Assembly (NCBI RefSeq): GCF_036321535.1
Contig: NC_087437.1
Coordinates: 119,352,001 to 119,416,000, forward strand
DNA: 64,000 nucleotides
Direction: 5' to 3'
From: Camelus dromedarius
Taxonomy: Eukaryota
In this document: one piece after another, positions 37,628-49,540 of the stretch
Numbering within the stretch: the stretch's first letter is position 1
How the letters are laid out: every line of letters begins with the position of its first letter
The notes under the pieces: generated by a model
What the model saw: the letters and a program-made list of their open reading frames with translations, nothing else
Told to the model about the DNA's origin: nothing
Databases searched by the model: none
Made by a program: the position numbers and the translations under genes

Positions 37628-37740
37628 CAGCCCAGAAGCTCAGTGGACAAGTCAGAATAGCGAACGTCAGGTATTCAGAATCCTTCCGCAACGTGAGCAG
37701 CGGGGAGTACCAGGCCTTCCTGCGGCTGCTTTTCAGGGCG
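37628..37740 (+). CDS. UMODL1: UMODL1 exon 13, SEA domain 2 N-half
   Basis: KLSGQVRIANVRYSESFRNVSSGEYQAFLRLLFRA; CAGCAG tandem acceptor; donor GCG|gtacgt. Confidence 0.92.
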
Positions 37741-38064
37741 GTACGTTGGCGGAATCATCTTCCTTTTCTCCTGGGACGTGAATGAGGGAGGTGGCAGCAT
37801 CCTAGTCGCAGCTAACCAGGACTCAGACCTGAAGATGCTGCAAGCTCCTCGTTTCTGAAGGAAGCTAGCGCCTCTGGCTCTGGAGTGGCGCCTGTGTGTC
37901 CTGGATCTGCCATTAGTCACGGCAGCAGGAGGGAGACACACCTCCTCCTCTTGCTGTGTCCTTGCCTCGCATCGCTTCCTGCTTAGGGTGGCTTCTTTAT
38001 TGACGTGGGGTCCCGAGGAGCAGAAAGCCTCCCCGCCCCCGCCTTAAAAGGAAAGAAATTGAAC

Positions 38065-38815
38065 ATTGAGATCTGTTTCACGCACCAGAAAACTCACACT
38101 TTAAAAAAATTACTAAAGTGTAGTTGGCTTCCTGTGTTGTGTTAGTTTCTGGTGTACAGCACAGTGATTCAGCTACTCATCTTCATATAGGTCCTTTTCC
38201 AGACTCTTTTCCATTACAGGTTATTACAGGATACGGAATACAGCCCCCTGTGCTGTGCAGCAGGACCTTGTTGTTTATCTAGTTTGTATACAGTCCTTTG
38301 TATCTGCTAATCCCAGACTCCTAATGCAGCCCCCCCACCCCCTTTCCCCTCTGTAACCATAGTTTGTTGTTGATGTCCGTGAAAACTCACACTTTTAAAG
38401 TGCACAATTCAGTGGTTCAGGCTGTATTTACAAAGTTGTGCAACCTTCAACACCACCTAATTTCAGAACATTTTCATCGTCTCAGAAAAGAAACCCCATA
38501 CTCATCAGTAGTCGCTCACCCTCCCCCCTTCTCTGCGCCCCTGGAACCAGGCATGTGCTTTCTGCCTCTATGGGTTTGTCTATTCTGGATGCTTCATAGA
38601 AATGAAATCATACAGTTCGGCCCCTTTGAGTCTGGCTTATCTCGCTGAGTGTGATGTCCTCAAGCTTCATCCATCTCGTACCAGTATCAGGACTTCATCC
38701 CTTTTAGGGCTTGATTCCATTGCACGGACAGGCCACGTTCTGTTTATCCAGTCATTCGATGGACATTCGGGTGGCTTCTGCCTTCTGGCTACTGTGACTA
38801 ACATTGCTATGATCC
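38065..38815 (-). mobile_element. Nested L1s: younger L1 3' tail (38103-38380) inside an older L1M 3' end
   Basis: Exact 15-nt TSD gaaaactcacacttt at 38088-38102 and 38381-38395. Confidence 0.8.
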
Positions 38816-39070
38816 CTGCCTTAAAAATTCTTTTTCTTGCTCTCTTTCAGTGCCCTCTGCCGTCCCACTGGCACTCTTTGGGGAGGTCCGTTGTTGCTAT
38901 TCAGTTAGGGTAGCAGCCTCAGCATTCTTTTCGCTGGTGGTTAGGTTGCCCTTTGGCGAATAGAGAATGCACTTGTCTTAATCTAGGGCTCTTGTTTGCA
39001 CAGACGACATCTCTACATTTTAGCTTTTCCAAGTTCTGGGAGGTTAGGACGCGGGCTGGAGAGGGCTTGG

Positions 39071-39088
39071 CAGCGCCACCTACTGGCG
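39071..39088 (-). promoter_or_regulatory. CTCF core motif
   Basis: Minus strand reads CGCCAGTAGGTGGCGCTG, matching CCASYAGRKGGCRC. Confidence 0.6.
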
Positions 39089-40514
39089 GAGTAGCATGAT
39101 GGCGCGTCGGTGATGCTGGCGGCTGCAGTGTTGGGTGAGGCTGTCCACACTCACGGGCGTTTCTCCTGGATAAAGCCAGCATGCTGCCTCCAGGAACTGT
39201 CCCCTCGGGCTCCCTGGGGTCTGGGCTCCTGCTCTATTTATTCTGAGGTCCCGGCTCCTGGCCCAGTGCGTGGATTCAAGAGCTGCTGATGGCTCGATTC
39301 ACACGTGTATCATCATCTTCTTTAGCGTAAATCACAGTTACACGTCACATTAAGCAACGACCACTGAAATCAGTTCCCGTGTCTCTAGCATCACACGAGG
39401 CAGCGTCCCTGCCACCCCAGTTCCTTGATTAATCTTGCCCTTTTAAAGCATTTCGTCTTTTGCCTACATGGGGCCAAAGTTTTTATCTGTCTGGAATTTC
39501 AGGACAGCAAACAACTGTGCACCTTAACACGTGTGTAGGACATTAAGACACATTCGGGGAGGTTGTGGGTTAATGTGTCACCTTGCTCTTTGTCACTTCC
39601 TACCAAAGGGCCTGGAACTTTGCTTTGAGACTGGCTTGAAATGCAGACAAAAATGACTTTAACCCCAGACTGTGACAGATCCCACTCTGGAAACCCCAGA
39701 GAGAGAGAGAGACGGAGACAGAAGACAAGCTATTCCGGGGATAATGATGGCGGCCGCGTGGCTGCAGGCGGCTCTGGGGCCTCGCGGGCGTCTGCAGCCT
39801 CCGACGGGCGACAACACCCTTGCTCACGCTGGCTGTCCCAGGGCTGGAAACCCATCCGCCTGGGCCTCGAACCTCATGCGGGTCCGATGAAGACGAGGTT
39901 TCCTCTGTGAGGGCAAACTGTGCGGGGGGCTCTTCCATAGCACGTCGCATTATGTGGATTGCTTACAGCTCATTCTAAGATCGGGTGCCTTTCTGGGCAT
40001 TTTGGCCCTGATGGGAGAGAATGGAATAATACAGTGTGTGATTAGGATTCTGTCCAAACGTAGAACAGTAAACAAGGCGTTTACAGGTGAGAACCACCTG
40101 TCCCCCTAGGACGTCCGCAGGGAAGCGGTTCTCAGCAAGGCAGGAGGCAGAAGGGAAGGCGGGATGTTCTGCAGCATGAGGTTCAGAGGACTGTTCTAGA
40201 AAAAATGCAGTGGGGAAGGTGGTGTCCCTTCCTGTGATCATTCGTTCAGCCCCCTCCCAAGTTACAAGCCCACAGGGTACGTGCCCACCAGCTGGTTGGG
40301 GGGGAATGGGGCTCAGTGTCTCAGAACCCCCTGCATTTGTGCTGGGCCTGGGGATGCAGCAGACAGGCAGGGGCCAGAGCCGACGTGAGGCTTTGACCTC
40401 TTTGCCGAGGTCAGCCGGCTGCTGGCTGGAACCCCAGGAGGAGCCCCCCTCAGGACAAGTGCCCCGTTTCCTCTCTCGCGGGCAGCTCTCCTCACCAGCC
40501 CTGTTTCTCTAAAG

Positions 40515-40728
40515 GTGCGGGATTCCTTGCCAGCCTCCATGCGTCAGCACCTGGACACAGGTGGGGTGCGGGTGGAGGTGACCCGCATCGCCAATGGCAG
40601 TGTCGTGGTGGAGTTTACCCTGCTGATCGTCGCAGACGTGGATGTCCGGGAGGTGTCTGCTGCGTTCCTCACCGCCTTTCAGAACACGTCTCTGCTGGAG
40701 GTGGTCGGAGGGGACACCTCCATCTGGG
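40515..40728 (+). CDS. UMODL1: UMODL1 exon 14, SEA domain 2 C-half (contains GSVVV)
   Basis: VRDSLPAS...IANGSVVVEF...GDTSIW; acceptor ctctaaag, donor GGG|gtacgt. Confidence 0.93.
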
Positions 40729-41126
40729 GTACGTGGAGGCTGGGCCCCACAGAGACTCACTGGGTTCTGACGAGAGAGTGAAATCTTAGCCACTGGCTTT
40801 GTTTCTAAAAGGTGCTCTTCCTCTTAAGGGCTTCCCCTGCGTTCGAAGAAAATGTGAAAATAAGGGACGCTCAGCTCCCTTATTGCTACTGTGGTTCTTT
40901 CAAAAATAGTTTTTAGAGTTGGAAACCTCTCTGGGGGAGCCTGCGAGGATCCCCACAGCGGCTGCATCCTGCCCCTCCTTCCCCCGCAGCGTCTGGGCGA
41001 GTTGAGGGCAGACATGTCCGTCTCCGCAGCCAGACCTCCTCCCAGGCACAGTTTCCAAGGAGACCTAGTGAAAACAAGTGAAAAAAGAAGCAGGGAGAAG
41101 AGGCAATTTAGAGTCTTTTCTCATGT

Positions 41127-41502
41127 TGTATTAGTCAGCTTGAGCTGTTGCAACAAAATACCATGGACTGAGCGGCTTCAACGACAGACATTTATTTTCT
41201 CACGGTTTGAGAGGCTTTAAGTCCAAGATCAGGGTCCTGGTGATGCTGGTGAGGGACCCTCCTGGCAGGTAGGCAGCCCCCTTTCTGCTGTGTCCTCTCC
41301 TGGCTTTTCCTCTGGGTGTGTAGACAGCGAGGGATCTGGCATCTCTTCTTATAAGGACGTCAGTCCTCTTGGGTCGGGGCCCCTCCCTTATGACCTCATT
41401 TAACCTTAATTATCTCCTAACGGGCCCGTCTCCAAATGTACTCACACTGGGAGTCCGGGCTTCGACACACAAGTTTTGAAGGGACATGATTCAGTCTCTA
41501 GC
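41127..41502 (-). mobile_element. MaLR (MLT1-like) LTR
   Basis: tgtattagtc...aagtccaagatcagggt...cttataaggac...tgacctcatttaaccttaatta. Confidence 0.8.
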
Positions 41503-42310
41503 TTACATCACAGCTGAGAATAAATGAGGAAAGGCTTATAGTTACATGTATGAATAAAATCAAAGACAATGTAGATGAATATTTTTCTGATTTTTGGAAT
41601 GAGAAGGGTGAAGCCTGCAGAGAAAAGGCTGGAATATTTGCCTCTATGAATTACATCTCTCATAGGCAACAAAAGAGAAAATCATTCCGAAAATCTGATG
41701 AAGAATTGCATCCTAAATATAGAGGGATCACAGGCATTGAGGATAAAATACTAGGACCCCAATAGACACGTGCACAGAGGACCCGGATAGACAGTCCATG
41801 AAAGAAGAAACACGCCACTAACAAAGGCAGGAGAATCAAGGCATGCCCATCCAGGAGCAATAATAATAATTAAGACGGTGACCCTGGTGGGGGCATAGGG
41901 AGCCAGCACCCGCAGGCCACCCTCGGGGGACAGGATTGGCTCGCACTTCCTGGAAGCCAGTTTGACAGTGTGTGTCAGGAACTTCTAAACTGTTCATCCA
42001 CTTTGGCTTTAGAATAATAGCGCGTCTAGGACTTCATCCTAAGGAAACCGATCTCAGTCTGGACCATAGCTTATGTACGAGGACATTCATGTCAGTGCTA
42101 CTTTAAAAGCAGAAGACTGGAAACGACTCGTAATCCCGTGTAGGGAAGATATTAACTAAATGCTGTGTTCATGCCACGGGCCGTCAGGCAATTCTTAAAA
42201 GTGAGGTTTGCTGAGACAGAAAATATTCCTGACCCAAGGAAAAGGGGAGAAAGCAGGGCTCCCGCTTGCGTGTAAAACGCGGTTTCAGCTGCGCTGCAGC
42301 CTGCCTCTTA

Positions 42311-42412
42311 TTTATTCAAATTGTTCTTGTTTTCCTTCGGTGGCGGCGCGGGGGCTCGCGCCCAGGACCTGTGCGTGCCGGGCGCGCCCTGCCGCTGAGC
42401 GGCACCTGCCCC
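42311..42412 (-). mobile_element. tRNA-Ala-derived SINE (vic-1-like, camelid type), heavily GC-mutated
   Basis: The reverse complement aligns to the tRNA-Ala layout (GGGG..GCTCAG..GG..AGGTCCTGGG..GA.CCCC..CCA) with a T-rich tail on +. It is flanked by a 14-nt imperfect direct repeat, cagcctgcctctta (42297-42310) / cagtctgcctgtta (42413-42426). Confidence 0.75.
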
Positions 42413-42854
42413 CAGTCTGCCTGTTAAAGGACCGGAAGGAAGTGTGCCAACGTGCGAACACGCACGCCGGGAGGTGGCCTCCCGGGGGACTGTGTGCTCT
42501 CGGCTGAGCTGCCCTGGGTTTCATCTGTTTCCTGCAGTAAACCTGCGTTACCGGTCAGATAAGTGACCAAGTGTAGATTTGAAAGGAGAGCGGCTGCTGG
42601 GGTCCCTCTGCCCGAGCCCAGGGCTGGGTGGGGCCCCTCTGGTCTGCCGGCCTCCAGGGAGCTGAGGGGGTGCTGCTCCACCCCCCGGCCCCACCCCACC
42701 CCCGGCAGAAAGTCGGGGGCCGCTCTGTCTCCGGAACCCTGCGGAGCGGCCGTCCGGCTGTCATTTGAGCACCTGAACTTCGCTTCCCGAGGCGCGCCTG
42801 CCCCGTCGGGCGGCCGCGGAGGGTCTCCGGACTAGCTTTCTAAATGCCCTGCAG

Positions 42855-42992
42855 ATTACGACGAGTGCGAGAGGAGGGAGGACGACTGCGGACCGGGCTC
42901 CACCTGCCGCAACTCCCTGGGGTCTTTCGCCTGCAGCTGCGGGGGAGGCACCCCCGGCTTCTCCGTAGAATATTCTGGAAGACCCTGTGAAG
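42855..42992 (+). CDS. UMODL1: UMODL1 exon 15, calcium-binding EGF domain 3
   Basis: Manual translation DYDECERREDDCGPGSTCRNSLGSFACSC...RPCE; acceptor ctgcag, donor AAG|gtaaga. Confidence 0.95.
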
Positions 42993-43837
42993 GTAAGAGT
43001 CTCAGGACCCCTTGTCCAGAATACTGTCGGGTAGTCTGTTCTTTTAAGGATATTCACCCCAAAAGTGTGTCTTGCAAACGAGGTCAGCATGTTTTTGTGT
43101 CCCGGGCAAGTCTCCTAGCATGTGTGTGTGTGTGTGTGTGTGTGTGCGCTCATGTGCATGTGGGCATGTGGGTACGTGTGCCTGTGCGTGCCTGTGCCTC
43201 CCCACCCCTCCCCACCCCTCCAGCCTTCCGGGTGGTGCCCGCAAGCACTTCTTCTGACGCCTGTGCTGAGAAAACGCACACACGTCAACTCAGGTGTGTC
43301 CTCTCAGATGCTAGAAGATGATCTTGCAAGACATAAAGCCCGAGTGACAGGCAACACATGGAGATGTTCTACTCGGCCCCACTTCCCACTCCACACTTTT
43401 TCCGTTAATTCGAGCTTTTGGGGATTCAGTGTTGACCCTGAGATGACCCCTGCCATCTAGGCTCGGGGGTCCTGAGAGTAAACTTCATTAACCCATTTTA
43501 GAGATGAGACTCGGGGCCCCGGGGGCAGATGGCTGATCGCAAGTCAGTGGGTCCGGTGCCTGCCCAGTGTCGGGCTGGAGAGGCTGGGAGGGCGGAGGGT
43601 GTCTCAGTTCCTCGGCCCACGGGGGCCACGGGGACCATGTGTGCCATGCCAGGCCCTGCTGCCTGGGCTGGCAGGAACGTGCAACACGCGTGTGTGTGGC
43701 CGTGCTGGCACGTGCAGCCCCAGGTGTGCACATCTGCTGTCCGCCCGGCCCCTCAGTGCCCACCTCCCCAGCTGGGCTCACCTGGTGGTCCCAAAACACA
43801 GACCCACCCTATGCTTTTGTCTCCTCATGCCTTGCAG

Positions 43838-44139
43838 GCGACCCCTCTGGCAACACGACCCGGCCCCCTACCCCGGCAGGAACTGGGACTGTCTCTGCGC
43901 AGGGGCACCACCTGGCCCCCCAGGGCCTGCCCCCACGGCTGAACCTGACCGGAGCGGTCAAGGTGCTCTGTGAGATCGAGAAGGTGGCTATCGCCATCCA
44001 GAGGCGCTTCCTGCAGCAGGAGTCCATCCCCGAGTCCTCCCTGCACCTGGGCCACCCATCCTGCGGCGTCAGCGACCGCAACAGCACGCACGTGATCCTG
44101 GTGGCTGCGTGGAACGAGTGTGGGACCGTCGTGCAGAGC
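43838..44139 (+). CDS. UMODL1: UMODL1 exon 16, linker and start of ZP-N
   Basis: VKVLCEIEKVAIAIQ...AAWNECGTVVQS; acceptor ttgcag, donor AGC|gtgagg. Confidence 0.93.
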
Positions 44140-46079
44140 GTGAGGCCGGGCCCGGACCACCGTGGGGGCGCGGGGAGGCGGCATCCAGGAGTCTGCATCT
44201 CAACATGGGGAGGGGCCGCGTCCAGCCCAGGGGCCCCAGAAGACTTGGCACCCTGAGGTCTCTGACCCTAAGTGGGGGACCCAGCGAAGGGTCAGGATAG
44301 GGCTGAGCTCTCGCCGGGAACCATGCTGCCCTGGTACAGGGATTCTGGTGCAAAGTCGGGGTTTGAAAAGTCCTCCAGAGAAGTGGTGCACAGGCAGGAT
44401 GGGGAGCCAGAGGGGGAGGGGACAGGGCAGGGAAGCCGGGAGCCTGTGTGTGTCCGAGTGTGCGTTTGTGTGCACGTGTGCATGTGTATAAGAACGTGTC
44501 TGTGTGCACGTGCATGGACGAGTGTGAGTGTGTGTGTGCATGTGGTGGGTGTCTGTGAAGTATGTGTGAATGGCCGTGTGTGCGCGTGCGTGGTGGGGAT
44601 ATGGGCGGCGCCATCAGCAGCACCTGGCCTCAGGGTTGTGGCCCCATCAGAAATCTCTTTATTCGAGGGTCTTTCCTCCTCCGTGCAGTGGTGCGAGGGG
44701 GACTGTCCCGGCCGGGGGGCACTCACACCCCACGTGCAGAGAGGGGCTCTGGCTTGTCCCCTGCTCGCTGTGGTGACTCTGGGCCGGGGCTCCCAGGCCC
44801 CTGTCAGCATCTCAGATTTGCAGCATCCACCACGTGGTCCATCCTGCTCCTCCAAAGGCTGTCTCTAGGCCTCGGTTACACTCCGGCTTCCCAGCTGTCC
44901 TCCTCAGCCCCACACTCAGCCACTGGGCACGAAGCCTCTGTTGTCAGGGCCATGCCAGGCGGCAGGGGCAGCCCCTTCCAGGGTTCAGCCGGCACCCAGC
45001 ACTGGGGGCAGCAGAAGCAGCATCAGGTGGGTCTGTCCCTGGAGGAACGTGCGGTCCTGGGACAGCAGGTGCCATCACCTGCCAGTACAGGGTGTGGCCA
45101 GGCCAGCACTGGGCCCACAGCCCGACATCGGGCAGGGGTGCTTTCGGAAGACGACAGTGAAAGGAGGCTGAAACGTCCCAAGAGGCTTACGGTGCGGGGA
45201 CCACGAGTGTGGCTGGGGGAATGCGTGGTGGGGGCCAGAGTAGGGAGCCTGGATATGGTGGAGGAGTTGCTAGGTAGAGGGTGTCCAGGTGGTGGGGCCA
45301 GTGGGGCAGCTGGGCTCTGGGAGGAGGGGTCCTAGGTTGGAGGTGGGCCGGGGGTGGGTCTCAGCAGGGGGCCCGGGCCACTGCGGGCAGGTTGTTCTCA
45401 TCAGGGATGTTATGCCACTGGGCGGGGAGGGCCCGAGGGCCTTCAACCTTGTTTAAGAACAGGAGTGGGGAGGGTATCAGGCCCTGAGGACCCCAGGAGC
45501 TGCTGGCTGGGTGTTGAGCATCCCCAGTCACCCCAGACCAGGAATTAATATCCACATTTAGCCAATGGGACCTGGAGGCTCAGAAAAGTTGGGGTGGGGA
45601 GCAAGGTCAATGTCACACTGCCTCTGAGGAGCAGCCCTGTGCCCTCTGTGACTCTGCCTCTGCAGGGGCCTCCTTGGCACAGGGTGGGCGGGAGACCCTC
45701 ACCCTCCGAGCCTCTGGCTGGAGCCCTCGGCGAGTTCCCTGGTGAAGGCCGGGCCCGGGGCCGAGGGCGGGCCAAGCAGCTGTGGGGTCAGCGCGGATGG
45801 ACACGTGGGCCTGGCTGGCCTCCCTTGAGCGTGAATCCACTTTCCCCTTGGAGGCCCTCAGGCCACAGACACGGTCCTTGGGTTGAAGGACCAACTGGGA
45901 CATTTCCAGTGTCCACAGCCTTCATCGGCCCCACTCCAACCCCTCCAACCAGCACAACTGGAAAATAACCATCAGGGTTTTGCTTCCCTTTCTTAACGAT
46001 CTCTAAGCCTGCCACCTGGAGGTGGGCACACGGGGAGGGGGGCTGGCAGCCGTGAGTGGGCAGCTTCCGTTCTGAGCTG

Positions 46080-46420
46080 GCGTCTGAGCACAAGCCGGGC
46101 GGGGGCGCGGCGAGGGCAGAGCTGCCCCCGCGGTTCTCAGGCCCGCACGGACGCGGGGCTGGTAGACTGTAAGTGAAAGGTGCTGGAGGCAAGGCCGCTC
46201 CTGCCCGCGGCGCTCAGGCGCGGGGGGCGCCAGGCTGTCCCCCGGTGAGTCAGCACCGCCTGCCGCCGGGCGGGTGGGCCGCGGGCGAGGCGCCGACGTG
46301 GGCTCTCCTGCTCGCTGTTTTTCTGAGCTAGACAAACACCTGGTTTAGCAATTAAATTCAGTAGGATTCAGGGCTGTTCAGAGCAAAGGGAAATTCATCT
46401 CTCATGAGTCATCTGGGCCC
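46080..46420. promoter_or_regulatory. Intragenic CpG-dense patch with GC boxes and AP-1/MARE motifs
   Basis: Very CpG-rich at 46080-46310; GTGAGTCAGCA 46245-46255; ATGAGTCAT 46404-46412. Confidence 0.4.
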
Positions 46421-47218
46421 TGGAAACCACAGGGGCTCCTGTGTTTTGAAATTTGTCAAAAAGTTAAGATGCCCCCAGACTGACTTATATGCAGACACAG
46501 CAGATTACGTGCATTAGCTGGCTCTGCTTCCTGGCGTTGTTGTTGTTGTTGTTAAATTTTATTCAAATTGTTTTTAATTTTTAACTTTTTTATTTAAAAA
46601 TTTTTAAATTTAAATTTAAGATCTCACCTCTTAGTTTGATGTACTGTATACAGATGGTGCCAAGTATGGCTATAAGAAATACGAATTAGTCCATGCCCCC
46701 CAAAATTCACTGGAGGACAGAATCACGTCCAAAAATATGTGTAAAATTCTTGTGAAGACAGAAGGGGACTGCCCGGGTGGTCTGAGGCAGTTCTCAAAGG
46801 GATTCAGGGCACAGGGCGCGCACGCTGTGATGACACACGTCCTGGACTCGGTGCCTCTGGCACAGCCCATCCCAGATGTGGCTTCGCGGATGTGCTGAAT
46901 GGGATTCTATTTCTTAGCTGAAGAACTGCAGGGACGGTAAACATCACGCAGGCAATTGCTCCAAAAACATGGAGATAGGAGCGCAAGCACTTTAAGAAGC
47001 AAACGCAGGAGGCAGGTCTCCATTCAGGTGTTTAAGTGCTTCCATGTTGGATAATTCAGTTAAGAACCTGTATGTGTTTGTTCCCAGAAGCTAATGCATC
47101 ACTAGTCTCTACCAAGGAAAATGAACTCTAAATACTATTAAGCCTTTCAGTCATTCTAAGTTCTCTATTCGCATAAAAGCCTAGAGAGACCAGTAATGTT
47201 CAAGAGCTAAAGATTCTT

Positions 47219-48075
47219 CTCAAAAATGTTTTCTTCCAGTTTTTTTGAGCTGTAACTGACATAAAGCACTATGGAAAGTTAAAGTGATCTGACTGGCTTG
47301 CATCATGAAATGATTATCGCAAGTGTAATGAGCATCCGTTGACTCACAGGGACGCAAAATTAAAGAAATAGAAAGAGATGGGCTTTCCTTGTGATGAGAG
47401 CCCTGAGGATTTAATCTTTTAACAGCTTTTCATATATAGGGGTAGCAGTGTTAATTACTTTTCTCATGTTGCATATTACATCGCTGGTACTTATTTATCT
47501 TGTAACTGGAAGTTTATGTCTTTTGACCCACCTTCATCCAATTCCCCCTCTGCGCAACCCTGCCTCTGGTAACCACAAATCTGATCTCTTTTTCTATGAA
47601 TTTCTTTTTGAAGTATAATTGACCCGCAACACTGTGTTAATTCCTGTTAGACAGCACAGTCGTTCCATATTTCTCTGCATTTCAAAACACTCACCAGGGT
47701 AAGTCTAGTTATGAGGTGTCACCACGCAAAGATGTCCCACAGTAATTGACTGTATTCCCCAGGCTGTACATTTCATCTCCGCGACTCATTTATTTTGCAG
47801 CTGGAAGTTTGTGCCTCTTAATCTCCCTCACCTAGTTCTCTCCTCCTCCCTCCTTCCCCTCTGGCAACCACCTATTTGTTCTCCATGTCTGTAACTCTGT
47901 TTTGTTGTGTTTGCTCATTTGTTCTGTTTCTTAGATTCCACATATAAGGGAAATAATACAGTCTTTGTCTTTCTCTGTCTGACATTCCACTGAGCATAAC
48001 ACCCTCCAGGTCCGTCTATGTTGTCTCAAATGGAAAAATTTCATTCTTTTTTATGGCTGAGTAGTAGTCCTTTAA

Positions 48076-48113
<38 letters not shown>

Positions 48114-49540
48114 CACGCATCTTCTTTATTTATTCATCTGTTGATGGGCATTAGGTTGCTTCCACATCTTAGCTATTATAAATAATGATGCTATGAACAC
48201 AGGGGTGCATATATCTTTTCTAATTAATGTTTTTGTTTTCTTCAGATAGATACCCAGGAATAAAATTGCTGGATCATATGGTAGCTCTATTTTTAATTTT
48301 TTGAGGAACCCATACTGTTTTCCATAGTGGCTGCACCAGTTGCATTCCCACCGGCAGTGTGGGAGGGCTCCTTGTTTCCCACACGCTCTCCAGCATTTAT
48401 CTGCAGACGTTTGATGATGGCTGTTCTGACTGGTGTGAGCTGATACCTCACTGTGGTTCTGATGTCGAACATCACTCCATGTGCCTGGTGGCCATCTGTA
48501 TGTTTTTGGGAAACTGTCTACCTGGACCCTGTGCTCAGGTGGTTTGTTGTTTTGATGTTAAGTTGTATGAGTTCTTTGTACACTTTGGATATTGGCCCTT
48601 TATTGGACGTATCACTTGCTAATATCGTCTCCCACTAAGTAGATGGCCTTTTGGTTTTGTTGAGAGTTTCCTTCACTGTGCAGCAGCTTTTTAGCTTCAT
48701 TTAGTTTGGTGTTTTCCCAGCACCATTTATTGAAGAGGCTGACTTTTCCCCGTTGTATATTCTTGCCTCCTTTCTCGTAGATGAATTGACTGTAAGCGTG
48801 TAGGTTAATTCCTGGGCTCTCTGTCCTGTTCCATTGGTCTGTCTGTTTTTGTGCCAGTGCCATGCTGTTTTGAATGCTGTAGCTTCGTAGTGCAGTTTGA
48901 AGTACGGGGCTGTGACACCACAGCTTCGTCCTTTCTCAAGATTGTCTGAGCTATTCAGGGTCTTTTGTGCTTCCATATAAATTTCAGAATTATTTGTTCT
49001 AGTTCCATGAAAAATGCCATTGGTATTTTGACAAGGATTGCATCGAATCTGTAGACTGCTTTGGGTAGTACGGCCATTTAAGCAATACTAGTTCTTCAAA
49101 TCCATGAAGACACTGTGCCTGTCCACCTGTTTGTGTTATATGCGGTTTTCCAAATACAAGTCTTTTACTTTCTTAAATTGATTCCTAGGTGTTTTTTTTT
49201 AATGTGATTGTGAATGAGATTGCTTTCTTAATTTCTCTTTCTGACAGTTTGTTCTTAGTGTACAGAAATGCAGCAGATTTCTGTATATTAGTTTTGTTCC
49301 TGCAACTTCACTGAATTCGTGGGTGAGTGTCTTGGTGGCGTCTGTGTGTGGGACCACGTCCTGTGCGAACAGCGACGGTTTTACTTCTCCCTTTCCAATC
49401 TGGATTCCTTTTTCTTGCCTGATAGCTGTGGCTAGGATTTCCAAAACTATGTTGAATAAAAGCGGTGAGAGTGAGCTTCCTTATCTTGTTCCTGATCTCA
49501 GAGGAAATGCTTTCAGCTTCTCACTGTTAAGTATGATGTT
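47219..49540 (-). mobile_element. About 2.3-kb 5'-truncated L1 with target-site duplication and internal (CA)n
   Basis: L1 ORF2 peptides ([30 protein letters not shown]); direct repeat atgttcaagagct(a/c)agattctt-type, 22/23 identical, at 47196-47218 and 49536-49558. Confidence 0.92.
48078..48112. repeat. (CA)n microsatellite
   Basis: Seen directly. Confidence 0.95.

Noticed and set aside
42341..42412. Possible functional tRNA-Ala gene
   Set aside because: A and B boxes and the anticodon arm are destroyed; the tail and TSD show it is a retroposed copy
44562..45335. 257-aa intronic ORF (and similar ones at 29639-30373, 36837-37526, 37099-37785, 11397-12053, 28869-29525)
   Set aside because: Low-complexity G/P/R/A/S composition, no recognisable domain, often non-ATG starts or overlap with repeats; expected by chance in GC-rich DNA
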